The position numbers and the translations under genes were made by a program. From positions 12,586,001 to 12,650,000 of the forward strand of contig OZ024740.1 in NCBI GenBank assembly GCA_964016885.1: a stretch of 64,000 bases of DNA, read 5' to 3'. Shown one piece after another: positions 26,401 to 41,400 of this stretch (position 1 is the first letter of the stretch; the number at the start of each line of letters is the position of its first letter). The notes under the pieces were generated by a model. That model had not been told where the DNA came from and made no database searches. It was given only the letters and a program-made list of their open reading frames with translations. Source of the DNA: Eledone cirrhosa. Its lineage: Eukaryota.

Positions 26401-29400
26401 TCTAGTCTAATATCTTGTCTCTAGTCTAATGTCTCTAGTCTAATATCTTGTCACTAGTCTAATGTTTCTAGTCTAATGTCTTGTCTCTAGTCTAATGTCT
26501 CTAGTCTAATGTCTTGTTTCTAGTCTAATGTCTCTAGTCTAATGTCTTGTCTTTAGTCTAATAGCTTGTCTCTAGTCTAATGTCTTGTCTCTAGTCTAAT
26601 GTCTCTAGTCTAATGTCTTGTCTCTAGTCTAATATTTTGTCTCTAGTCGAATGTCTTGTCTCTAGTCTAATGTCTCTCGTCTAATGTCTTGTTTCTAGTC
26701 TAATGTCTCTAGTCTAATGTCTTGTCTCTAGTCTAAAATCTTGTCTCTAGTCAAATGTCTCTAGTCTAATGTCTTGTCTCTAGTCTAATGTCTCTAGTCT
26801 AATGTCTTGTCTCTAGTCTAATGTCTCTAGTCTAATGTCTTGTCTCTAGTCTAATATCTTGTCTCTAGTCTAATGTCTCTAGTCTAACGTCTCTAGTCTA
26901 ATGTCTTGTCTCTAGTCTAATATCTTGTCTCTAGTCTAATGTCTCTAGTCTAATGTCTTGTCTCTAGTCTAATGTCTCTAGTCTAATGTCTTGTCTCTAG
27001 TCTAATGTCTCTAGTCTAATGTCTTGTCTATAGTCTAATATCTTGTCTCTAGTCTAATGTCTCTAGTCTAAAGTCTTGTCTCTAGTCTAATGTCTCTAGT
27101 CTAATGTCTTGTCTCTAGTCTAATGTCTTGTCTCTAGTCTAATGTCTCTAGTCTAATATCTTGTCTCTAGTCTAATGTCTCTAGTCTAATGTCTTGTCTC
27201 TAGTCTAATATCTTGTCTCTAGTCTAATGTCTCTAGTCTAATGTCTTGTCTCTAGTCTAATGTCTCTAGTCTAATGTCTTTTCTCTAGTCTAATGTCTCT
27301 AGTCTAATGTCTTGTCGGTAGTCTAATATCTTGTCTCTAGTCTAATGTCTCTAGTCTAATGTCTTGTCTCAAGTCTAATGTCTCTAGTCTAATGTCTTGT
27401 CTCTAGTCTAATGTCTTGTCTCTAGTCTAATGTCTCTAGTCTAATATCTTGTCTCTAGTCTAATGTCTCTAGTCTAATGTCTTGTCTCTAGTCTAATGTC
27501 TCTAGTCTAATGTCTTGTCTCTAGTCTAATGTCTTGTCTCTAGTCTAATGTCTTGTCTCTAGTCTAATGTCTCTAGTCTAATGTCTTGTCTCAAGTCTAA
27601 TGTCTCTAGTCTAATGTCTTGTCTCTAGTCTAATGTCTTGTCTCTAGTCTAATATCTTGTCTCTAGTCTAATGTCTCTAGTCTAATGTCTTGTCTCTAGT
27701 CTAATGTCTCTAGTCTAATGTCTTGTCTCTAGTCTAATGTCTTGTCTCTAGTCTAACGTCTTGTCTCTAGTCTAATGTCTCTAGTCTAATATCTTGTCTC
27801 TAGTCTAATGTCTCTAGTCTAATATCTTGTCACTAGTCTAATGTCTCTAGTCTAATAACTTGTCTCTAGTCTAACGTCTTGTCTCTAGTCTAATGTCTCT
27901 AGTCTAATATCTTGTCTCTAGTCTAATGTCTCTAGTCTAATATCTTGTCACTAGTCTAATGTTTCTAGTCTAATGTCTTGTCTCTAGTCTAATGTCTTGT
28001 CTCTAGTCTAATGTCTCTAGTCTAATGTCTTGTTTCTAGTCTAATGTCTCTAGTCTAATGTCTTGTCTTTAGTCTAATAGCTTGTCTCTAGTCTAATGTC
28101 TTGTCTCTAGTCTAATGTCTCTAGTCTAATGTCTTGTCTCTAGTCTAATATTTTGTCTCTAGTCGAATGTCTTGTCTCTAGTCTAATGTCTCTCGTCTAA
28201 TGTCTTGTTTCTAGTCTAATGTCTCTAGTCTAATGTCTTGTCTCTAGTCTAAAATCTTGTCTCTAGTCAAATGTCTCTAGTCTAATGTCTTGTCTCTAGT
28301 CTAATGTCTCTAGTCTAATGTCTTGTCTCTAGTCTAATGTCTCTAGTCTAATGTCTTGTCTCTAGTCTAATATCTTGTCTCTAGTCTAATGTCTCTAGTC
28401 TAACGTCTCTAGTCTAATGTCTTGTCTCTAGTCTAATATCTTGTCTCTAGTCTAATGTCTCTAGTCTAATGTCTTGTCTCTAGTCTAATGTCTCTAGTCT
28501 AATGTCTTGTCTCTAGTCTAATGTCTCTAGTCTAATGTCTTGTCTATAGTCTAATATCTTGTCTCTAGTCTAATGTCTCTAGTCTAAAGTCTTGTCTCTA
28601 ATCTAATGTCTCTAGTCTAAAGTCTTGTCTCTAGTCTAATGTCTCTAGTCTAATGTCTTGTCTCTAGTCTAATATCTTGTCTCTAGTCTAATGTCTCTAG
28701 TCTAATGTCTTGTCTCTAGTCTAATGTCTCTAGTCTAATGTCTTTTCTCTAGTCTAATGTCTCTAGTCTAATGTCTTGTCGGTAGTCTAATATCTTGTCT
28801 CTAGTCTAATGTCTCTAGTCTAATGTCTTGTCTCTAGTCTAATGTCTCTAGTCTAATGTCTTGTCTGTAGTCTAATGTCTTGTCTCTAGTCTAATGTCTC
28901 TAGTCTAATATCTTGTCTCTAGTCTAATGTCTCTAGTCTAATGTCTTGTCTCTAGTCTAATGTCTCTAGTCTAATGTCTTGTCTCTAGTCTAATGTCTTG
29001 TCTCTAGTCTAATGTCTTGTCTCTAGTCTAATGTCTCTAGTCTAATGTCTTGTCTCTAGTCTAATGTCTCTAGTCTAATGTCTTGTCTCTAGTCTAATGT
29101 CTTGTCTCTAGTCTAATATCTTGTCTCTAGTCTAATGTCTCTAGTCTAATGTCTTGTCTCTAGTCTAATGTCTCTAGTCTAATGTCTTGTCTCTAGTCTA
29201 ATGTCTTGTCTCTAGTCTAATGTCTCTAGTCTAATATCTTGTCTCTAGTCTAATGTCTCTAGTCTAATGTCTTGTCTCTAGTCTAATGTCTCTAGTCTAA
29301 TGTCTTGTCTCTAGTCTAATGTCTCTAGTCTAATGTCTTGTCTCTAGTCTAATATCTTGTCTCTAGTCTAATGTCTCTAGTCTAATGTCTTGTCTCTAGT

Positions 29401-32400
29401 CTAATATCGTGTCTCTAGTCTAATGTCTCTAGTCTAATGTCTTGTCTCTAGTCTAATGTCTTGTCTCTAGTCTAATGTCTCTAGTCTAATGTCTTGTCTC
29501 TACTCTAACGTCTTGTGTCTAGTCTAATGTCTCTAGTCTAATGTCTCTAGTGTAATGTCTTGTCTCTAGTCTAATGCCTTGTCTCTAATCTAATGTCTTG
29601 TCTCTAGTCTAATGTCTCTAGTCTAATGTCTTGTCTCTAGTCTAATATCTTGTCTCTAGTCTAATGTCTTGTCTCTAGTCTAATGTCTCTAGTCTAATGG
29701 CTTGTTTCTAGTCTAATGTCTCTAGTCTAATGTCTTGTCTCTAGTCTAATATCTTGTCTCTCGTCTAATGTCTTGTCTCTAGTCTAATGTCTCTAGTCTA
29801 ATGTCTTGTCTCTAGTCTAACGTCTTGTCTCTAGTCTAATGTCTCTAGTGTAATGTCTTGTCTCTAGTCTAACGTCTTGTCTCTAGTCTAATGTCTCTAG
29901 TCTAATATCTTGTCTCTAGTCTAATGTCTCTAGTCTAATATCTTGTCACTAGTCTAATGTCTCTAGTCTAATAACTTGTCTCTAGTCTAACGTCTTGTCT
30001 CTAGTCTAATGTCTCTAGTCTAATATCTTGTCTCTAGTCTAATGTCTCTAGTCTAATATCTTGTCACTAGTCTAATGTTTCTAGTCTAATGTCTTGTCTC
30101 TAGTCTAATGTCTTGTCTCTAGTCTAATGTCTCTAGTCTAATGTCTTGTTTCTAGTCTAATGTCTCTAGTCTAATGTCTTGTCTTTAGTCTAATATCTTG
30201 TCTCTAGTCTAATGTCTTGTCTCTAGTCTAATGTCTCTAGTCTAATGTCTTGTCTCTAGTCTAATATTTTGTCTCTAGTCGAATGTCTTGTCTCTAGTCT
30301 AATGTCTCTCGTCTAATGTCTTGTTTCTAGTCTAATGTCTCTAGTCTAATGTCTTGTGTCTAGTCTAAAATCTTGTCTCTAGTCAAACGTCTCTAGTCTA
30401 ATGTCTTGTCTCTAGTCTAATGTCTCTAGTCTAATGTCTTGTCTCTAGTCTAATGTCTCTAGTCTAATGTCTTGTCTCTAGTCTAATATCTTGTCTCTAG
30501 TCTAATGTCTCTAGTCTAACGTCTCTAGTCTAATGTCTTGTCTCTAGTCTAATATCTTGTCTCTAGTCTAATGTCTCTAGTCTAATGTCTTGTCTCTAGT
30601 CTAATGTCTCTAGTCTAATGTCTTGTCTCTAGTCTAATGTCTCTAATCTAATGTCTTGTCTATAGTCTAATATCTTGTCTCTAGTCTAATGTCTCTAGTC
30701 TAAAGTCTTGTCTCTAGTCTAATGTCTCTAGTCTAATGTCTTGTCTCTAGTCTAATGTCTTGTCTCTAGTCTAATGTCTCTAGTCTAATATCTTGTCTCT
30801 AGTCTAATGTCTCTAGTCTAATGTCTTGTCTCTAGTCTAATATCTTGTCTCTAGTCTAATGTCTCTAGTCTAATGTCTTGTCTCTAGTCTAATGTCTCTA
30901 GTCTAATGTCTTTTCTCTAGTCTAATGTCTCTAGTCTAATGTCTTGTCGGTAGTCTAATATCTTGTCTCTAGTCTAATGTCTCTAGTCTAATGTCTTGTC
31001 TCTAGTCTAATGTCTCTAGTCTAATGTCTTGTCTCTAGTCTAATGTCTTGTCTCTAGTCTAATGTCTCTAGTCTAATATCTTGTCTCTAGTCTAATGTCT
31101 CTAGTCTAATGTCTTGTCTCTAGTCTAATGTCTCTAGTCTAATGTCTTGTCTCTAGTCTAATGTCTTGTCTCTAGTCTAATGTCTTGTCTCTAGTCTAAT
31201 GTCTCTAGTCTAATGTCTTGTCTCTAGTCTAATGTCTCTAGTCTAATGTCTTGTCTCTAGTCTAATGTCTTGTCTCTAGTCTAATATCTTGTCTCTAGTC
31301 TAATGTCTCTAGTCTAATGTCTTGTCTCTAGTCTAATGTCTCTAGTCTAATGTCTTGTCTCTAGTCTAATGTCTTGTCTCTAGTCTAATGTCTCTAGTCT
31401 AATATCTTGTCTCTAGTCTAATGTCTCTAGTCTAATGTCTTGTCTCTAGTCTAATGTCTCTAGTCTAATGTCTTGTCTCTAGTCTAATGTCTCTAGTCTA
31501 ATGTCTTGTCTCTAGTCTAATATCTTGTCTCTAGTCTAATGTCTCTAGTCTAATGTCTTGTCTCTAGTCTAATATCGTGTCTCTAGTCTAATGTCTCTAG
31601 TCTAATGTCTTGTCTCTAGTCTAATGTCTTGTCTCTAGTCTAATGTCTCTAGTCTAATGTCTTGTCTCTACTCTAACGTCTTGTGTCTAGTCTAATGTCT
31701 CTAGTCTAATGTCTCTAGTGTAATGTCTTGTCTCTAGTCTAATGCCTTGTCTCTAATCTAATGTCTTGTCTCTAGTCTAATGTCTCTAGTCTAATATCTT
31801 GTCTCTAGTCTAATGTCTTGTCTCTAGTCTAATGTCTCTAGTCTAATGGCTTGTTTCTAGTCTAATGTCTCTAGTCTAATGTCTTGTCTCTAGTCTAATA
31901 TCTTGTCTCTCGTCTAATGTCTTGTCTCTAGTCTAATGTCTCTAGTCTAATGTCTTGTCTCTAGTCTAATGTCTTGTCTCTAGTCTAACGTCTTGTCTCT
32001 AGTCTAATGTCTCTAGTCTAATATCTTGTCTCTAGTCTAATGTCTCTAGTCTAATATCTTGTCACTAGTCTAATGTCTCTAGTCTAATGTCTTGTCTGTA
32101 GTCTAATGTCTCTAGTCTAATGTCTTGTCTCTAGTCTAATGTCTCTAGTCTAATGTCTTGTCTCTAGTCTAATGTCTCTAGTCTAATGTCTTGTCTCTAG
32201 TCTAATATCTTGTCTCTAGTCTAATGTCTCTAGTCTAACGTCTCTAGTCTAATGTCTTGTCTCTAGTCTAATATCTTGTCTCTAGTCTAATGTCTCTAGT
32301 CTAATGTCTTGTCTCTAGTCTAATGTCTCTAGTCTAATGTCTTGTCTCTAGTCTAATGTCTCTAGTCTAATGTCTTGTCTATAGTCTAATATCTTGTCTC

Positions 32401-35400
32401 TAGTCTAATGTCTCTAGTCTAATGTCTTGTCTCTAGTCTAATGTCTCTAGTCTAATGTCTTGTCTCTAGTCTAATATCTTGTCTCTAGTCTAATGTCTCT
32501 AGTCTAATGTCTTGTCTCTAGTCTAATATCTTGTCTCTAGTCTAATGTCTCTAGTCTAATGTATTGTCTCTAGTCTAATGTCTCTAGTCTAATGTCTTGT
32601 CTCTAGTCTAATGTCTCTAGTCTAATGTCTTGTCGGTAGTCTAATATCTTGTCTCTAGTCTAACGTCTCTAGTCTAATGTCTTGTCTCTAGTCTAATATC
32701 TTGTCTCTAGTCTAATGTCTCTAGTCTAATGTCTTGTCTCTAGTCTAATGTCTCTAGTCTAATGTCTTGTCTCTAGTCTAATGTCTGTAGTCTAATGTCT
32801 TGTCTCTAGTCTAATATCTTGTCTCTAGTCTAATGTCTCTAGTCTAATGTCTTGTCTCTAGTCTAATGTCTCTAGTCTAATGTCTTGTCTCTAGTCTAAT
32901 GGCTTGTCTCTAGTCTAATGTCTCTAGTCTAATATCTTGTCTCTAGTCTAATGTCTCTAGTCTAATGTCTTGTCTCTAGTCTAATGTCTCTAGTCTAATG
33001 TCTTGTCTCTAGTGTAATGTCTCTAGTCTAATGTCTTGTCTCTAGTCTAATATCTCGTCTCTAGTCTAATGTCTCTAGTCTAATGTCTTGTCTCTAGTCT
33101 AATATCTTGTCTCTAGTCTAATGTCTCTAGTCTAATGTCTTGTCTCTAGTCTAATATCTTGTCTCTAGTCTAATGTCTCTAGTCTAATGTCTTGTCTCTA
33201 GTCTAATGTCTCTAGTCTAATGTCTTGTCTCTACTCTAACGTCTTGTCTCTAGTCTAATGTCTCTAGTCTAATGTCTCTAGTGTAATGTCTTGCTCTAGT
33301 CTAATGTCTTGTCTCTAATCTAATGTCTTGTCTCTAGTCTAATGTCTCTAGTCTAATGTCTTGTCTCTAGTCTAATATCTTGTCTCTAGTCTAATGTCTT
33401 GTCTCTAGTCTAATGTCTCTAGTCTAATGGCTTGTTTCTAGTCTAATGTCTCTAGTCTAATGTCTTGTCTCTAGTCTAATATCTTGTCTCTAGTCTAATG
33501 TCTTGTCTCTAGTCTAATGTCTCTAGTCTAATGTCTTGTCTCTAGTCTAACGTCTTGTCTCTAGTCTAATGTCTCTAGTGTAATGTCTTGTCTCTAGTCT
33601 AATGTCTTGTCTCTAGTCTAACGTCTTGTCTCTAGTCTAATGTCTCTAGTCTAATGTCTTGTCTGTAGTCTAATGTCTCTAGTCTAATGTCTTGTCTCTA
33701 GTCTAATATCTTGTCTCTAGTCTAATGTCTTGTCTCTAGTCTAATGTCTCTAGTCTAATGTCTTGTTTCTAGTCTAATGTCTCTAGTCTAATGTCTCTAG
33801 TCTAATGTCTTGTCTCTAGTCTAATGTCTCTAGTCTAATGTCTTGTCTCTAGTGTAATATCTTGTCTCTAGTCTAATGTCTTGTCTCTAGTCTAATGTCT
33901 CTAGTCTAATGTCTTGTTTCTAGTCTAATGTCTCTAGTCTAGTGTCTTGTCTCTAGTCTAATATCTTGTCTCTAGTCTAATGTCTCTAGTCTAATGTCTT
34001 GTCTCTAGTCTAATGTCTTGTCTCTAGTTTAATATCTTGTCTCTAGTCTAATGTCTCTAGTCTAATGTCTTGTCTCTAGTCTAATATCTTGTCTCTAGTC
34101 TAATGTCTCTAGTCTAATGTCTTTGTCTCTAGTCTAATGTCTCTAGTCTAATGTCTTGTCTCTAGTCTAATGTCTCTACTCTAATGTCTTGTCCCTAGTC
34201 TAATATCTTGTCTCTAGTCTAATGTCTCTAGTCTAATGTCTTGTCTCTAGTCTAATGTCTCTAGTCTAATGTCTTATCTCTAGTCTAATGTCTTGTCTCT
34301 AGTCTAATGTCTCTAGTCTAATGTCTCTAGACTAATGTCTTGTCTCTAGTCTAATGTCTCTAGTCTAATTTTTTGTCTCTAGTCTAATGTCTCTAGTCTA
34401 ATGTCTTGTCTCTAGTCTAATATCTCGTCTGTAGTCTAATGTCTCTAGTCTAATGTCTTGTCTCTAGTCTAATATCTTGTCTCTAGTCTAATGTCTTTAG
34501 TCTAATGTCTTGTCTCTAGTCTAATATATTGTCTCTAGTCTAATGTCTCTAGTCTAATGTCTTGTCTCTAGTCTAATGTCTTGAGTCTAGTCTAATGTCT
34601 CTAGTCTAATGTCTTGTCTCTAGTGTAACGTCTTGTCTTTAGTCTAATGTCTCTAGTCTAATGTCTCTAGTGTAATGTCTTGTCTCTAGTCTAATATCTT
34701 GTCTCTAATCTAATGTATTGTCTCTAGTCTAATGTCTCTAGTCTAATGTCTTGTTTCTAGTCTAATGTCTCTAGTCTAATGTCTTGTCTCTAGTCTAATA
34801 TCTTGTCTCTAGTATAATGTCTTGTCTCTAGTCTAATGTCACTAGTCTAATGTCTTGTCTCTAGTCTAACGTCTTGTCTCTAGTCTAATGTCTCTAGTGT
34901 AATGTCTTGTCTCTAGTCTAATGTCTTGTCTCTAGTCTAACGTCTTGTCTCTAGTCTAATGTGTCTAGTCTAATATCTTGTCTCTAGTCTAATGTCTCTA
35001 GTCTAATATCTTGTCACTAGTCTAATGTCTCTAGTCTAATATCTTGTCTCTAGTCTAACGTCTTGTCTCTAGTCTAATGTCTTGTCTCTAGTCTAATGTC
35101 TTGTCTCTAGTCTAATATCTTGTCTCTAGTCTAATGTCTTGTCTCTAGTCTAATGTCTCTAGTCTAATGTCTTGTCTCTAGTCTAATAGCTCGTCTCTAG
35201 TCTAATGTCTCGTCTCTAGTCTAATGTCTCTAGTCTAATGTCTTGTCTCTAGTCTAATATCTTGTCTCTAGTCGAATGTCTTGTCTCTAGTCTAATGTCT
35301 CTATTCTAATGTCTTGTTTCTAGTCTAATGTCTCTAGTTTAATGTCTTGTCTCTAGTCTAATATCTTGTCTCTAGTCAAATGTCTCTAGTCTAATGTCTT

Positions 35401-38400
35401 GTCTCTAGTCTAATGTCTCTAGTCTAATGTCTTGTCTCTAGTCTAATGTCTTGTCTCTAGTCTAATGTCTCTAGTCTAATATCTTGTCTCTAGTCTAATG
35501 TCTCTAGTCTAATGTCTTGTCTCTAGTCTAATGTCTCTAGTCTAATGTCTTGTCTCTAGTCTAATGTCTCTAGTCTAATGTCTTGTCTCTAGTCTAATAT
35601 CTCGTCTCTAGTCTAATGTCTCTAGTCTAATGTCTTGTCTCTAGTCTAATATCTTGTCTCTAGTCTAATGTCTCTAGTCTAATGTCTTGTCTCTAGTCTA
35701 ATGTCTTGTCTCTAGTCTAATGTCTTGTCTCTAGTCTAATGTCTCTAGTCTAATGTCTTGTCTCTACTCTAACGTCTTGTCTCTAGTCTAATGTCTCTAG
35801 TCTAATGTTTCTAGTGTAATGTCTTGTCTCTAGTCTAATGTCTTGTCTCTAATCTAATGTCTTGTCTCTAGTCTAATGTCTCTAGTCTAATGTCTTGTCT
35901 CTAGTCTAATATCTTGTCTCTAGTCTAATGTCTTGTCTCTAGTCTAATGTCTCTAGTCTAATGGCTTGTTTCTAGTCTAATGTCTCTAGTCTAATGTCTT
36001 GTCTCTAGTCTAATATCTTGTCTCTAGTCTAATGTCTTGCCTCTAGTCTAATGTCTCTAGTCTAATGTCTTGTCTCTAGTCTAACGTCTTGTCTCTAGTC
36101 TAATGTCTCTAGTGTAATGTCTTGTCTCTAGTCTAATGTCTTGTCTCTAGTCTAACGTCTTGTCTCTAGTCTAATGTCTCTAGTCTAATATCTTGTCTCT
36201 AGTCTAATGTCTCTAGTCTAATATCTTGTCACTAGTCTAATGTCTCTAGTCTAATGTCTTGTCTGTAGTCTAATGTCTCTAGTCTAATGTCTTGTCTCTA
36301 GTCTAATATCTTGTCTCTAGTCTAATGTCTTGTCTCTAGTCTAATGTCTCTAGTCTAATGTCTTGTTTCTAGTCTAATGTCTCTAGTCTAATGTCTCTAG
36401 TCTAATGTCTTGTCTCTAGTTTAATGTCTCTAGTCTAATGTCTTGTCTCTAGTCTAATATCTTGTCTCTAGTCTAATGTCTTGTCTCTAGTCTAATGTCT
36501 CTAGTCTAATGTCTTGTCTCTAGTCTAATATCTTGTCTCTAGTCTAATGTCTTGTCTCTAGTCTAATGTCTCTAGTCTAATGTCTCTAGTCTAATGTCTT
36601 ATCTCTAGTCTAATGTCTTGTCTCTAGTCTAATGTCTCTAGTCTAATATCTTGTCTCTAGTCTAATGTCTCTAGACTAATGTCTTGTCTCTAGTCTAATG
36701 TCTCTAGTCTAATTTCTTGTCTCTAGTCTAATGTCTCTAGTCTAATGTCTTGTCTCTAGTCTAATATCTCGTCTCTAGTCTAATGTCTCTAGTCTAATGT
36801 CTTGTCTCTAGTCTAATATCTTGTCTCTAGTCTAATGTCTTTAGTCTAATGTCTTGTCTCTAGTCTAATATATTGTCTCTAGTCTAATGTCTCTAGTCTA
36901 ATGTCTTGTCTCTAGTCTAATGTCTTGAGTCTAGTCTAATGTCTCTAGTCTAATGTCTTGTCTCTAGTGTAACGTCTTGTCTTTAGTCTAATGTCTCTAG
37001 TCTAATGTCTCTAGTGTAATGTCTTGTCTCTAGTCTAATATCTTGTCTCTAATCTAATGTCTTGTCTCTAGTCTAATGTCTCTAGTCTAATGTCTTGTCT
37101 CTAGTCTAATGTCTTGTCTCTAGTCTAATATCTTGTCTCTAGTCTAATGTCTTGTCTCTAGTCTAATATCTTGTCTCTAGTCTAATGTATTGTCTCTAGT
37201 CTAATGTCTCTAGTCTAATGTCTTGTTTCTAGTCTAATGTCTCTAGTCTAATGTCTTGTCTCTAGTCTAATATCTTGTCTCTAGTCTAATGTCTTGTCTC
37301 TAGTCTAATGTCTCTAGTCTAATGTCTTGTCTCTAGTCTAACGTCTTGTCTCTAGTCTAATGTCTCTAGTGTAATGTCTTGTCTCTTGTCTAATGTCTTG
37401 TCTCTAGTCTAACGTCTTGTCTCTAGTCTAATGTCTCTAGTCTAATATCTTGTCTCTAGTCTAATGTCTCTAGTCTAATATCTTGTCACTAGTCTAATGT
37501 CTCTAGTCTAATATCTTGTCTCTAGTCTAACGTCTTGTCTCTAGTCTAATGTCTCTAGTCTAATATCTTGTCTCTAGTCTAATGTCTCTAGTCTAATGTC
37601 TTGTCTCTAGTCTAATGTCTTGTCTCTAGTCTAATATCTTGTCTCTAGTCGAATGTCTTGTCTCTAGTCTAATGTCTCTAGTCTAATGTCTTGTTTCTAG
37701 TCTAATGTCTCTAGTCTAATGTCTTGTCTCTAGTCTAATATCTTGTCTCTAGTCAAATGTCTCTAGTCTAATGTCTTGTCTCTAGTCTAATGTCTCTAGT
37801 CTAATGTCTTGTCTCTAGTCTATTGTCTCTAGTCTAATGTCTTATCTCTAGTCTAATACCTTGTCTCTAGTCTAATGTCTCTAGTCTAATGTCTTGTCTC
37901 TAGTCTAATATCTTGTCTCTAGTCTAATGTCTCTAGTCTAATGTCTTGTCTCTAGTCTAATGTCTCTAGTCTAATGTCTTGTCTCTAGTCTAATGTCTCT
38001 AGTCTAATGTCTTGTCTCTAGTCTAATATCTTGTCTCTAGTCTAATGTCTCTAGTCTAATGTCTTGTTTCTAGTCTAATGTCTCTAGTCTAATGTCTTGT
38101 CTCTAGTCTATTATCTTGTCTCTAGTCTAATGTCTTGTCTCTAGTCTAATGTCTCTAGTCTAATGTATTGTCTCTAGTCTAACGTCTTGTCTCTAGTCCA
38201 ATGTCTCTAGTGTAATGTCTTGTCTCTAGTCTAATGTCTTGTCTCTAGTCTAACGTCTTGTCTCTAGTCTAATGTCTCTAGTCTAATATCTTGTCTCTAG
38301 TCTAATGTCTCTAGTCTAATATCTTGTCACTAGTCTAATGTCTCTAGTCTAATATCTTGTCTCTAGTCTAACGTCTTGTCCCTAGTCTAATGTCTCTAGT

Positions 38401-41400
38401 CTAATATCTTGTCTCTAGTGTAATGTCTCTAGTCTAATATCTTGTCGCTTGTCTAATGTTTCTAGTCTAATGTCTTGTCTCTAGTCTAATGTCTTGTCTC
38501 TAGTCTAATTTCTCTAGTCTAATGTCTTGTCTCTAGTCTAATATCTTGTCTCTAGTCTAATGTCTTGTCTCTAGTCTAATGTCTCAAGTCTAATGTCTTG
38601 TTTCTAGTCTAATGTCTCTAGTCTAATGTCTTGTCTCTAGTCTAATAGCTTGTCTCTAGTCTAATGTCTTGTCTCTATTCTAATGTCTCTAGTCTAATGT
38701 CTTGTCTCTAGTCTAATATCTTGTCTCTAGTCAAATGTCTCTAGTCTAATGTCTTGTTTCTAGTCTAACGTCTGTAGTCTAATGTCTTGTCTCTAGTCTA
38801 ATATCTTGTCTCAAGTCAAATGTCTCTAGTCTAATGTCTTGTCTCTAGTCTAACGTCTCTAGTCTAATGTCTCTAGTCTAATGTCTTGTTTCTAGTCTTA
38901 TGTCTCTAGTCTAATGTCTTGTCTCTAGTCTAATATCTCGTCTCTAGTCTAATGTCTCTAGTCTAATGTCTTGTCTCTAGTCTAATATCTTGTCTCTAGT
39001 CTAATGTCTCTAGTCTAATGTCTTGTCTCTAGTCTAATATCTTGTCTCTAGTCTAATGTCTCTAGTCTAATGTCTTGTCTCTAGTCTAATGTCTCTAGTC
39101 TAATGTCTCTAGTGTAATGTCTTGCTCTAGTCTAATGTCTTGTCTCTAATCTAATGTCTTGTCTCTAGTCTAATGTCTCTAGTCTAATGTCTTGTCTCTA
39201 GTCTAATATCTTGTCTCTAGTCTAATGTCTTGTCTCTAGTCTAATGTCTCTAGTCTAATGGCTTGTTTCGAGTCTAATGTCTCTAGTCTAATGTCTTGTC
39301 TCTAGTCTAATATCTTGTCTCTAGTCTAATGTCTTGTCTCTAGTCTAATGTCTCTAGTCTAATGTCTTGTCTCTAGTCTAACGTCTTGTCTCTAGTCTAA
39401 TGTCTCTAGTGTAATGTCTTGTCTCTAGTCTAATGTCTTGTCTCTAGTCTAACGTCTTGTCTCTAGTCTAATGTCTCTAGTCTAATATCTTGTCTCTAGT
39501 CTAATGTCTCTAGTCTAATATCTTGTCACTAGTCTAATGTCTCTAGTCTAATGTCTTGTCTGTAGTCTAATGTCTCTAGTCTAATGTCTTGTCTCTAGTC
39601 TAATATCTTGTCTCTAGTCTAATGTCTTGTCTCTAGTCTAATGTCTCTAGTCTAATGTCTTGTTTCTAGTCTAATGTCTTTAGTCTAATGTCTCTAGTCT
39701 AATGTCTTGTCTCTAGTCTAATGTCTCTTGTCTAATGTCTTGTCTCTAGTGTAATATCTTGTCTCTAGTCTAATGTCTTGTCTCTAGTCTAATGTCTCTA
39801 GTCTAATGTCTTGTTTCTAGTCTAATGTCTCTAGTCTAGTGTCTTGTCTCTAGTCTAATATCTTGTCTCTAGTCTAATGTCTCTAGTCTAATGTCTTGTC
39901 TCTAGTCTAATGTCTTGTCTCTAGTTTAATATCTTGTCTCTAGTCTAATGTCTCTAGTCTAATGTCTTGTCTCTAGTCTAATATCTTGTCTCTAGTCTAA
40001 TGTCTCTAGTCTAATGTCTTTGTCTCTAGTCTAATGTCTCTAGTCTAATGTCTTGTCTCTAGTCTAATGTCTCTACTCTAATGTCTTGTCCCTAGTCTAA
40101 TATCTTGTCTCTAGTCTAATGTCTCTAGTCTAATGTCTTGTCTCTAGTCTAATGTCTCTAGTCTAATGTCTTATCTCTAGTCTAATGTCTTGTCTCTAGT
40201 CTAATGTCTCTAGTCTAATATCTTGTCTCTAGTCTAATGTCTCTAGACTAATGTCTTGTCTCTAGTCTAATGTCTCTAGTCTAATTTTTTGTCTCTAGTC
40301 TAATGTCTCTAGTCTAATGTCTTGTCTCTAGTCTAATATCTCGTCTCTAGTCTAATGTCTCTAGTCTAATGTCTTGTCTCTAGTCTAATATCTTGTCTCT
40401 AGTCTAATGTCTTTAGTCTAATGTCTTGTCTCTAGTCTAATATATTGTCTCTAGTCTAATGTCTCTAGTCTAATGTCTTGTCTCTAGTCTAATGTCTCTA
40501 GTCTAATGTCTTGTTTCTAGTCTAATGTCTCTAGTCTAATGTCTTGTCTCTAGTCTAATATCTTGTCTCTAGTCTAATGTCTTGTCTCTAGTCTAATGTC
40601 TCTAGTCTAATGTCTTGTCTCTAGTCTAACGTCTTGTCTCTAGTCTAATGTCTCTAGTGTAATGTCTTGTCTCTAGTCTAATGTCTTGTCTCTAGTCTAA
40701 CGTCTTGTCTCTAGTCTAATGTCTCTAGTCTAATATCTTGTCACTAGTCTAATGTATCTAGTCTAATATCTTGTCTCTAGTCTAACGTCTTGTCTCTAGT
40801 CTAATGTCTCTAGTCTAATATCTTGTCTCTAGTCTAATGTCTCTAGTCTAATGTCTTGTCTCTAGTCTAATGTCTTGTCTCTAGTCTAATATCTTGTCTC
40901 TAGTCTAATGTCTTGTCTCTAGTCTAATGTCTCTAGTCTAATGTCTTGTCTCTAGTCTAATAGCTCGTCTCTAGTCTAATGTCTTGTCTCTAGTCTAATG
41001 TCTCTAGTCTAATGTCTTGTCTCTAGTCTAATATCTTGTCTCTAGTCGAATGTCTTGTCTCTAGTCTAATGTCTCTAGTCTAATGTCTTGTTTCTAGTCT
41101 AATGTCTCTAGTCTAATGTCTTGTCTCTAGTCTAATATCTTGTCTCTAGTCAAATGTCTCTAGTCTAATGTCTTGTCTCTAGTCTAATGTCTCTAGTCTA
41201 ATGTCTTGTCTCTAGTCTAATGTCTTGTCTCTAGTCTAATGTCTCTAGTCTAATATCTTGTCTCTAGTCTAATGTCTCTAGTCTAATGTCTTGTCTCTAG
41301 TCTAATGTCTTGTCTCTAGTCTAATGTCTTGTCTCTAGTCTAATGTCTCTAGTCTAATGTCTTGTCTCTACTCTAACGTCTTGTCTCTAGTCTAATGTCT

